NCBI GenBank assembly: GCA_963623195.1
Contig: CAVFKA010000010.1
Coordinates: 200,974 to 264,973 of the forward strand
DNA length: 64,000 nt
Reading direction: 5' to 3'
From: a bacterium
Lineage (GTDB): Bacteria > Bacillota_I > Bacilli_A > RFN20 > CAG-826
The notes below the pieces were generated by a model. That model saw only the letters and a list, made by a program, of their open reading frames with translations, made no database searches and was not told where the DNA came from. Numbering within the stretch: the first letter of the stretch is position 1; each line of letters opens with the position of its first letter. The translations under genes and the position numbers were made by a program. Positions 9,456 to 16,736 of the stretch are shown piece by piece.

Positions 9456-9920
9456 CTACTTTTTCATTCTCGTTAGGCTTTCTTGATACGCTTCGAGGAG
9501 ATATTTTTCATCAAAGCCGAAATCAGAATATCCTTCCTTGCAAGTTTCTAAATAAGTGTCTCTTGGAAGGCCAAGATTTCTATCTTCGTGCATAATGTAG
9601 GCAATTCCTTCGATATTTTCTTTCTTGCCATCCTCTTTTGTTAATTCAACATTGAAACTTTTGCGGTAATAAACGCTTGGATATCCTTCATAGATGTCTA
9701 GGGATCTCATATCATTCTCATCAACAAGCCAAATTCCTAAAGGGACTTCACGTTTTTCATCTTTTTCGATTGTTAGATATGAGCAATCGCTCACTCCTTT
9801 AAAAAGCAGGCGATATCCTTTAAGAATTGAAGTTCCGACCTTTTTAGCGTTCTTGCAACGCCCTTTCATTTGTCTAAGATTTAGATTTGAGCCATATGCT
9901 AGGTAATATGTTTGTTTCAT
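9456..9920 (-). CDS. Gamma-glutamylcyclotransferase-like (AIG2/GGCT family) protein
   Basis: 154 aa. N-terminal YLAYGSNLNLRQM motif and LDIYEGYPSVYYR motif typical of the GGCT/AIG2 fold. SD AAAGGAGG. Confidence 0.75.
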   Translation of the reverse strand: MKQTYYLAYGSNLNLRQMKGRCKNAKKVGTSILKGYRLLFKGVSDCSYLTIEKDEKREVPLGIWLVDENDMRSLDIYEGYPSVYYRKSFNVELTKEDGKKENIEGIAYIMHEDRNLGLPRDTYLETCKEGYSDFGFDEKYLLEAYQESLTRMKK

Positions 9921-9946
9921 TTTCTTTTCCTCCTTTATTTTTTCTC

Positions 9947-9974
9947 ATTATTGCACCTAAAAAATCTTTGTAAA
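9947..9974 (-). promoter_or_regulatory. Candidate sigma-70 promoter for the GGCT-like gene
   Basis: On the minus strand: TTTACA, 16-nt spacer, TGc-AATAAT (extended -10). It lies about 25 nt upstream of the SD. Confidence 0.4.
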
Positions 9975-10176
9975 TGCCTCTTTCCTAAATAAAGAAAGGA
10001 ACACTTATCAGTGTTATTTTTTTGAAATATTTTTCGAGGAATTAAAAGACGCCTTCATCAAAAACTTCTTGGTAAACATACATTTTTTAAAGAAATTCGC
10101 CTTTGGAATCTTAGAAAAACGTAGGAAGAAAAAGATGAATGCTAACAATATAGCGATCTTTAGACATTGAGAGGTT

Positions 10177-10740
10177 TTATAAACGTTCTCTAGAAGCGAT
10201 TATATCAACTTCATTCAATTTCCAAATCCATTTAGATGGAGAAAAAGTATTCCTTTCTACGAGAATTATTTCGTATCTTGCGCCAGGAAGTATGCTAGAG
10301 GAGCAAATTTTTATATCTGTCTCTTTCATCTTTTTTGCTAAAAATAAAAGTGCAGTCATCAAAAGCAAGAGGAATAATGAGATTGATAAGGCCATCCATG
10401 GAACATAGTGATAGAAAATGTTCCCGGTGATTATGGCGTATATAGAGAAGATTAAACCGCCCAATCCAATTAAACCAAAAAGGCATGAAAATAATAGCAT
10501 CAAAAGTTTATTGCCTTTAGCTACACCGCCACATATTATTACATCGATTGGTGTCTCTTCTTGAATGTCTAATCTTGCATTTTCTCCAGAGTATCCCTCC
10601 CACAAAGTGGTTTCTCCGCTTTTGATTATGCATTTTCTGTTTGAGCCATAGTTTCCGCCCAACGTGGTGTTTGCTTTTTTAAACCTAGGAAGTTTGATAA
10701 GGACTTTGTTCTCGTTTTGTTCTTCTTTTGCTAAAGACAT
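10177..10740 (-). CDS. Hypothetical membrane protein (soluble N-terminal ~75 aa, 2-3 TM helices, short C-terminal domain)
   Basis: 187-aa ORF with a good SD (AAAGGAGA). Hydrophobic core LLMLLFSCLFGLIGLGGLIFSIYAIITG...WMALSISLFLLLLMTALLFLA. No recognisable family motif. Confidence 0.6.
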   Translation of the reverse strand: MSLAKEEQNENKVLIKLPRFKKANTTLGGNYGSNRKCIIKSGETTLWEGYSGENARLDIQEETPIDVIICGGVAKGNKLLMLLFSCLFGLIGLGGLIFSIYAIITGNIFYHYVPWMALSISLFLLLLMTALLFLAKKMKETDIKICSSSILPGARYEIILVERNTFSPSKWIWKLNEVDIIASRERL

Positions 10741-10766
10741 ATTTCTATCTCCTTTGAATTTATCGA

Positions 10767-11000
10767 TTAATCATATGTTAATGTATCATCTTCAAAGAAT
10801 GCAACGGTGATTGTTTCCTTATTGTAATTTGCACTCGTTTTCCATGCTGATAGTCATTCTTTTCCTTCATCTTTTAATTCTTGAAGGCTCTTTTCTCTAA
10901 CGTTAACATTTTATTTTTCGATAGTGGCATGTATGAAGTCTTTATATTTAGCACTTCTACGCATATCTAAAGTTAATGCCACGCCAAATTCGCCAAACAT
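10767..11000 (-). pseudogene. 78-codon reading frame interrupted by in-frame TAA and TGA (gene remnant, unknown family)
   Basis: A single minus-strand frame reads MFGEFGVALTLDMRRSAKYKDFIHATIEK*NVNVREKSLQELKDEGKE*LSAWKTSANYNKETITVAFFEDDTLTYD*. No SD, and a stop codon immediately precedes the ATG. Confidence 0.3.
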
Positions 11001-11128
11001 TTATTTCGGCGTTAGCTTAATTCAACTCTTTATTTTGTCCACACCTTGTCAACCTTTTTTCATCATGATTGTTAAAACTAATCTTCTAGAATTTTCAAAA
11101 TCACATGCATAATAATTTTATTTAAATG

Positions 11129-11166
11129 AAAAATAAAAAGGGGTTAACTTTAACGGTTAATCCCTT
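11129..11166 (-). terminator. Intrinsic terminator of the TasA-like gene
   Basis: Minus-strand RNA AAGGGAUUAAC-N7-GUUAACCCCUU (11-bp stem, one mismatch) followed by UUAUUUUU. Confidence 0.65.
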
Positions 11167-11190
11167 TAGATTTAGTTGTATGTTGCAATA

Positions 11191-12774
11191 TTAATACGTT
11201 CCATCAGGAAGTAACGCTGTGTTTCCTAATGAAATATATTTTCCGCTTGTTGCGGTTCCCGTGCTCCAATCATTGCCATTTTCATAGACTGTGAAGCCAT
11301 CAGTTCCAGTTATCTTAACAACCTCAGGTGCATCGGCATCGTATTTTACTGGGTTAGTAATTTTATTGTTGCTAAACACGATCGTTGAGGATGAATCGGC
11401 ATTAGCCATACGAATAAATCTGCCATTGATTTGATCTACCGTATTACCACTGAAAATGAATCGTCCTTTGTTAACCTTGTTAGAAATTTGTAAGACGTTA
11501 TCGCTCACTGTGCTATCAGTAATGTTATTATTTTTAACTTTCAAACCATTCAAAACAGCGGAAGTATTGTTGAAACACACGGTTTGAACATATGAAGAAA
11601 TCGTGTTGCCAACTAAGGAAATATTGTTATATCCATTCATATTTGTATCAACAAAAGTTTTGTCCGTTGATCCGCTACCTGCATAGAAGAAATGGATATC
11701 TTTTGTATTATTCCCTACTGCCGTGCAGTTTTTGACGGTGAATCCATTAACAAGCAATGTTGCACTGCTTGTGCTAGCGTCGTTATCTATTATTTGAACA
11801 GGGTTTTGTTCAACATTGTCAAATGTAATGCCCTTTATTGTGACATCCTCTAATGATAGATATGAAATAAAACCACTATTTTCTCTACCCATTTCGGCTT
11901 GATTTGAAGCAGGGGCGCTTGACCACCATTTCAATCCAGCTTCAGCTTCGATGCCATCACAAGTAACTGTGGCGCCTTCTTTAGCTTCGATTGTTAGCCC
12001 CTTAATAGCCCTATAGTATCCTGGATAAGAAGAATCTTTATCTAAGTCAGTTCTTCTAGTTGACACATCTAAGTCTTGTCTTAAGTACAATGTGCTGTAA
12101 TCACCTTCTGTAAGTATGACTGTCGCCTCGCCTGTAATGCCATCTAGAATTTCTTGTGCGTTTGAAGGGGTGACCTCATATACTCCAGCATCTGCATTAC
12201 CTTGGATGGCTTCAACTGCATATGATAATTTGCAAGATGTGCCTTGATAATAATTTTCCGCTTCTAAAGGCATTTCAATAGAAACCGTGACGATCTTACT
12301 GTCTGCACCTACTGCATAGTCTTCATATGCGGTCCTTACGGTGCCTCCGTCAAATTCTTCATCGTCGATACTTATTTTTAGACCATCGAATAAACCTGTA
12401 TCCTCTAAGGCTTTGATAACGGTGCGATATTTAACGTTTACCGTCGAATTGTTTTCAATCTTGATATTAAAGCAAATCTTATCACCAGGTAAAATGTTGG
12501 TTAAAGCAATGGTTTGCGCTTGTTTATTTAGTAAGCATGTGCCTGATGCTAAGGAACCATCGACATCATCATATTGATTTGTCGTTGAATTCCATTGCTT
12601 GTGGGACGTTGAAATCTCGCCATCTACCACTGCAGTTACGTCCACCTTGCCTGAGGTGATCGCGACGTTTACCTTCGCCTCCGAGGTGAAGAGGGCGTAG
12701 GTCGAGCCGGCGATGACGGCCCCGCATCCCAGGATGCTAAGCAGAGCCGGGACCACGATTTTTCTTTTGTTCAT
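11191..12774 (-). CDS. Secreted protein: SipW-type signal peptide plus TasA/camelysin (M73-like) N-terminal domain, fused to a right-handed parallel beta-helix domain
   Basis: 527 aa with SD AAAGGAGAA. The N-terminus MNKRKIVVPALLSILGCGAVIAGSTYALFTSEAKVNVAITSGKVDV matches the TasA/CalY-type signal and first strand. LPGDKICFNIKIENNSTVNV and KLSYAVEAIQGN match later TasA-fold strands. The C-terminal ~330 aa carry repetitive N/G/V-rich beta-helix-like turns (VKNCTAVGNN, LVGNTISS, VKNNNITDS, FSGNTVDQ, FSNNKITN). Confidence 0.75.
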   Translation of the reverse strand: MNKRKIVVPALLSILGCGAVIAGSTYALFTSEAKVNVAITSGKVDVTAVVDGEISTSHKQWNSTTNQYDDVDGSLASGTCLLNKQAQTIALTNILPGDKICFNIKIENNSTVNVKYRTVIKALEDTGLFDGLKISIDDEEFDGGTVRTAYEDYAVGADSKIVTVSIEMPLEAENYYQGTSCKLSYAVEAIQGNADAGVYEVTPSNAQEILDGITGEATVILTEGDYSTLYLRQDLDVSTRRTDLDKDSSYPGYYRAIKGLTIEAKEGATVTCDGIEAEAGLKWWSSAPASNQAEMGRENSGFISYLSLEDVTIKGITFDNVEQNPVQIIDNDASTSSATLLVNGFTVKNCTAVGNNTKDIHFFYAGSGSTDKTFVDTNMNGYNNISLVGNTISSYVQTVCFNNTSAVLNGLKVKNNNITDSTVSDNVLQISNKVNKGRFIFSGNTVDQINGRFIRMANADSSSTIVFSNNKITNPVKYDADAPEVVKITGTDGFTVYENGNDWSTGTATSGKYISLGNTALLPDGTY

Positions 12775-12986
12775 TCTTTTCTCCTTTAAGGCCGTGAGGG
12801 GCCCTCTCTACAAATGGCCCGCCCCGGTCTTTTTTTCCTGGCACCGCTATGAATCGATGCCTTTTCGTGTGCTTAAATTATACCTATATATATTACAAGG
12901 GAAAAATTCAGCGAAAGGGCGTCTCATCCGATGGAAGCTAGGATTTATTATGTTATTTCATAGTCAGTCATAATGGAGGGGGATAG

Positions 12987-13016
12987 AAAAAAGCCCCGAT
13001 ATTCCATCAGAGGCTT
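12987..13016 (-). terminator. Possible terminator after tRNA-Cys
   Basis: Minus-strand hairpin AAGCC(U)C...G(G)GGCUU followed by UUUUUU. The stem is short and imperfect. Confidence 0.4.
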
Positions 13017-13029
13017 AGTTTCGTTTTAA

Positions 13030-13103
13030 TGGAGCATCCGGCCGGATTTGAACCGACGGTAAGTGAGTTGCAGTCACTGGCCTTACCACTTGGCTACGGA
13101 TGC
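13030..13103 (-). tRNA. tRNA-Cys (anticodon GCA), CCA encoded
   Basis: Manual cloverleaf of the 74-nt sequence. Acceptor GCATCCG/CGGATGC, anticodon stem AGTGA/TCACT, loop CTGCAAC (GCA), T arm GTCGG-TTCAAAT-CCGGC. Discriminator U73 (Cys identity element) and a 3' CCA. Confidence 0.9.
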
Positions 13104-13113
13104 AGCGTTATGG

Positions 13114-13142
13114 ATTATAGCATTCTACTTTGTTTGTTTCAA
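13114..13142 (-). promoter_or_regulatory. Near-consensus sigma-70 promoter for tRNA-Cys
   Basis: Minus strand: TTGAAA (13142-13137), 17-nt spacer, TGc-TATAAT (13119-13114). Only 10 nt separate the -10 hexamer from the mature tRNA 5' end. Confidence 0.6.
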
Positions 13143-13171
13143 CATTTTGAATGAGATAATCCATCACTTTT

Positions 13172-15019
13172 TTAGTTTGCTTTCTTTTCTTGACGACGTT
13201 TTTGACGTAAAGATTTAGAAATTCCTTTTCTTACTAAGAAATAAGCAAGGAGGGTGCAAAGAATTACCGCTTCAATGATGAGGATGATTGTTACAGCAAG
13301 AGGGACTGTGCCACTTTTGACTGATTCCCACATCGTAAGAACATATTCGTTATTATCGCCATAGTCTTCCATGACCATCAAAGAATCAACGATTTCATTT
13401 GGTGGATATTGGGCGAAGAAAGATCTTCCTGTGATGAACTCTTCGCCATTATCGAGAGTATACGTCTCATATTCGTCAGTATAGAAAACCGTATCGGTAA
13501 CATCTTCGTAATCTTCTAGAGATCCATCAAAGAAATAGCCAAGATCAACAGCTGTCCAGCCTAGGTCGTTCTTTTCTGAGTAATCATCCCATGAAGTGTA
13601 GCTTTCATCGCCAATTTTTCCATTACCTGTTTGGAAAAGAGCGTTGAATTCATCATCAGAGAGAGATTTATATTCATCAAGTCTGACTAGATTTTCATCT
13701 TCATCATATACGTAAGAATCTTCTTCTTCATCATATTGATAGAAGACATCCATTCTAACGTCATACCATTCTCTAGCAAGGGAGAGAACATCATCTCCAG
13801 CGATGGTTGAGGTGTAGCCAATATAATCCATATTTGCGGCTGCAATCTCAGGATCGGAAAGGAAATCAATGAACTTTTGGGCGTATTCTTGGGTTTGAAC
13901 AGTTGATGGGATGACCCATGCATCAAGCCAGATATTCGCGCCAATAGACGGGATGGAATAATATAGTTCGGTGCCGAGTTCCTCAGCTGAATCGATAGCG
14001 TATACGGCATCGCCTGACCAAGCAAGATTGATACCAGTTCTATTGCCGGTTTGAATGTCGGTTTTTCCTGAATCAACTTCAAGACCATAGGAATTGTTTT
14101 TCAAAGAGGTTAATTCTCTTTCGACCGCGTCTATGATATCTTGAGCGCTATAGGTTGAATCTTTTCCTAAGGATTTCATCAAATCATTGAATTCATCAAC
14201 ATGGGAAATATTGTTGAAAATGATGTTGATGTCTTTGTTATATGTTTCAGAATCTAGGGTTCCTTCAAGGTTTTGTTTGCGTAATGTTTCAAACTCATCC
14301 TTGAAAGCTTCAAGAAGGGCAATCGCGTAAGAATCACGCATGGAATCTTTGATTTGGAAGGTTCTTGTATATGAATCTTCCCATAAGGAAGAATATGTCG
14401 CCATATCTTTTTTGACGTCATCGCTAGATAAGCCACGTCCTTGATATGTGCTAAAGGTTGGGTTATACATGATACCAAGCGTACCCCACATGTAGCCACG
14501 CATATAATCGGTAACATGTTCTTCTTTATCGCCAATTTTAACGGTGATATCACCAAAGAGCTTATCGAAATATGGAGAGGCATATAGGGCGTAATTATCA
14601 TCTACCCATCCTTCAAAGCCATGTTGATAGAGGTTTTCTCTATCTGTTCCGCTTTTGAAAGGGACAAGGAGATTATTTGCCATCATCTTCTCGACCATGT
14701 AGTCGGATGTACAGATCAAATCATAGTTTTGAGCGCCTGTTTGAAGGTTCGAAAGCATGATTTCGTTTGTATCGAAAGTGGAATATGAGACTTCGATATC
14801 AACATTGTCTTCCTCTAAGACTTTTTCTTTGAAAGCAGAGATGATATCAAGAGATCCATCATCACCTGTGGCAATATAGTCTTCGGAATTGTAGATTGAA
14901 AGGGTTACCTTGCTTGCTAGAGCTTTTTGGGCATCTTTCCTAGCCTGCATATAGGTAGGAACGGTGTTTCCTGAAGCAAGAAGATAAGAAATTAATGACC
15001 AAACTAAGATATTTTTCAT
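13172..15019 (-). CDS. potD: Spermidine/putrescine ABC transporter substrate-binding protein, extended form with C-terminal TM anchor
   Basis: 615 aa and last gene of the pot operon (ATGA overlap with potC). PotD-like N-terminal block (KVTLSIYNSEDYIA). C-terminal hydrophobic helix (LAVTIILIIEAVILCTLLAYFLV) followed by a basic tail. Confidence 0.75.
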   Translation of the reverse strand: MKNILVWSLISYLLASGNTVPTYMQARKDAQKALASKVTLSIYNSEDYIATGDDGSLDIISAFKEKVLEEDNVDIEVSYSTFDTNEIMLSNLQTGAQNYDLICTSDYMVEKMMANNLLVPFKSGTDRENLYQHGFEGWVDDNYALYASPYFDKLFGDITVKIGDKEEHVTDYMRGYMWGTLGIMYNPTFSTYQGRGLSSDDVKKDMATYSSLWEDSYTRTFQIKDSMRDSYAIALLEAFKDEFETLRKQNLEGTLDSETYNKDINIIFNNISHVDEFNDLMKSLGKDSTYSAQDIIDAVERELTSLKNNSYGLEVDSGKTDIQTGNRTGINLAWSGDAVYAIDSAEELGTELYYSIPSIGANIWLDAWVIPSTVQTQEYAQKFIDFLSDPEIAAANMDYIGYTSTIAGDDVLSLAREWYDVRMDVFYQYDEEEDSYVYDEDENLVRLDEYKSLSDDEFNALFQTGNGKIGDESYTSWDDYSEKNDLGWTAVDLGYFFDGSLEDYEDVTDTVFYTDEYETYTLDNGEEFITGRSFFAQYPPNEIVDSLMVMEDYGDNNEYVLTMWESVKSGTVPLAVTIILIIEAVILCTLLAYFLVRKGISKSLRQKRRQEKKAN

Positions 15020-15894
15020 AATTTCAACCTCGCTTTGGCGTGTCTTCCTTTTCTGCCACTGCCTTTCTTTTTATTCAAAAGAATGAGGGCGAAAACGATA
15101 AGGGCAACCAATAAGAATATAATGGTGCAAAGGGCTCTAAGCTCTGGTGGCAATGGGTGTTTTTTGATGACGCCTTGAACATAGGTGGAGATTGTGGAAA
15201 TCTTTGAGGCGCCATTCAATAAGCCAGGGCCAGCCGTAAAGGCGGTGACGATGAAGTCATCAAGAGAAAGAGTTATTGCAATAAGGAAACCAGAAAGGAC
15301 GCCTGGGGCAATTTCTGGAAGAGTCGCCTTAAATAGGGCTTTTGTAGGGGAACAGCCTAAATCAAGGGCGGCCTCATATAAGGCTGGATCCATCTGCTCT
15401 AGCTTAGGTTTGACGTTAAGATAGACAAATGGGGTGCTTAATACAAGGTGACCAACAAGCAATGTCCAGAAAGAGAACGAGAGATCTTTGAAGATGTATT
15501 GTCTAATGAAGACAAACATGACAGTCAAGGATAAGGCGATAACGATTTCTGGGGTGACAACCGGGATTTGGTTAGCCATTTCCATCGTTCTTTTCGCATG
15601 TTTCTTAGATTCATATACGCCAATGGCGCCTAAGGTCCCTAAGGCTGTTGCAATCGAAGAAGAAACAAGAGCGATAATAATGGTGTTTCCAACCGCTCTC
15701 ATGATATCTTGGTTTTTGAAAAGATTGATATAAAGGTCAAATGTGAAGCCATTCCAAGTTCCTAATACATCAGTATTCGTGAAGGAAAATACAACAAGAA
15801 CAAGGATTGGAGCGTACATTATTAACAAAAGGATCCAAATATATGATTGGGCAAGGATCTTTTTAAGCAAAGCTTTTTTCTCTGTGTCTACCAT
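15016..15894 (-). CDS. potC: Spermidine/putrescine ABC transporter permease
   Basis: 292 aa, polytopic. ABC permease EAA-like loop (YEAALDLGCSPTKALFKATLPEIAPG). Operon position after potB. Confidence 0.85.
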   Translation of the reverse strand: MVDTEKKALLKKILAQSYIWILLLIMYAPILVLVVFSFTNTDVLGTWNGFTFDLYINLFKNQDIMRAVGNTIIIALVSSSIATALGTLGAIGVYESKKHAKRTMEMANQIPVVTPEIVIALSLTVMFVFIRQYIFKDLSFSFWTLLVGHLVLSTPFVYLNVKPKLEQMDPALYEAALDLGCSPTKALFKATLPEIAPGVLSGFLIAITLSLDDFIVTAFTAGPGLLNGASKISTISTYVQGVIKKHPLPPELRALCTIIFLLVALIVFALILLNKKKGSGRKGRHAKARLKL

Positions 15895-16736
15895 AATCCG
15901 CCTCCTCTTCTTTGAGCTGCGTCACCTTTGTCGAATTTACGGGTGATGAAGGATGTTATACCGATGATAACGAGCATGATGATGGCCATAAAGGAACCGG
16001 AATTCCATTGGCTATTTGTGAAGTTAAGATAAATTGAGTTGCCAAATAATGTTATTTTTCCCTCCGATAAGGTGTCGGAGATGACGTAAGAGGACATAAC
16101 TGGCATGAAAACCATCTCAGCGGCAGAAATGATGCCTGGAATGGTTTGAGGGAGGATGTTCTTATAGAATACTTTTATTGGGGAGCAACCAAGATCAGCT
16201 GCGGCCTCCATTTGGGAATGATCCAACTTCAACATTGTTGTATAAAGTGGGAGAATCGTGAATGGAAGGTAGTTATAGACCATACCAATAAGGGTTGCAG
16301 TCCAAGGATAATTTCCGCCAGAAATTCCAATCCAATCAAGCAAATCACGCGTGGCACCTGTACGAATGACGAAGTTTATCCACATAGGCATGATGAATAA
16401 TACGACAAGGATACGGTTGGAATTGAGTTTCTTATTTGCTAAGAAATATGCGGCTGGATATCCTAAAAGAAGGCAAATGATGGTTGTTTGGATTCCTAAA
16501 AAGAGAGAAATCAAGAGAACCGACCATTTAGTTGGGGTGGTGAAGAAAGAGATTGCCGCATCTAAAGATGGGACTCCTGCTTCATTGCTGAAGGCATACC
16601 AAACGATTAAGAGAATTGGTATGATGACGAATAACGCCAAGAAAAGAGCATAAGGGATGCAAAGATATTTTCTTTTGAGACGGAAAAATTTCTTGCTCTT
16701 GGATACTCTTCTTATCTCTCCATTAGTGGCGGACAT
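15888..16736 (-). CDS. potB: Spermidine/putrescine ABC transporter permease
   Basis: 282 aa, polytopic. EAA loop (MEAAADLGCSPIKVFYKNILPQTIPG). Overlaps both potA and potC. Confidence 0.85.
   Translation of the reverse strand: MSATNGEIRRVSKSKKFFRLKRKYLCIPYALFLALFVIIPILLIVWYAFSNEAGVPSLDAAISFFTTPTKWSVLLISLFLGIQTTIICLLLGYPAAYFLANKKLNSNRILVVLFIMPMWINFVIRTGATRDLLDWIGISGGNYPWTATLIGMVYNYLPFTILPLYTTMLKLDHSQMEAAADLGCSPIKVFYKNILPQTIPGIISAAEMVFMPVMSSYVISDTLSEGKITLFGNSIYLNFTNSQWNSGSFMAIIMLVIIGITSFITRKFDKGDAAQRRGGGLW

Noticed and set aside
10767-11000. Possible Mollicutes genetic code (TGA read as Trp), suggested by the in-frame TGA in ...GKE*LSAWK...
   Set aside because: TGA clearly terminates real genes here: potC ends in the ATGA overlap with potD, and the VanZ-like gene ends in TGA at its natural C-terminus. 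The dozens of long ORFs contain no internal TGA. The same frame also contains an in-frame TAA, so it is a remnant under either code.
12713-12973. An 86-aa plus-strand ORF spanning the GC-rich patch and the TasA-like promoter region.
   Set aside because: It has no SD. It overlaps the signal-peptide codons and leader of a well-supported gene on the other strand. Its sequence is low-complexity, and its length is a by-product of the stop-poor, GC-rich stretch.
9400-13029. A direct repeat of the tRNA-Cys 3' end (att-like site) delimiting an integrated island.
   Set aside because: I could not find a second copy of any part of GGTTCAAATCCGGCCGGATGCTCCA in the region by eye, and there is no integrase. 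The island idea remains an inference only and needs a computational repeat search.
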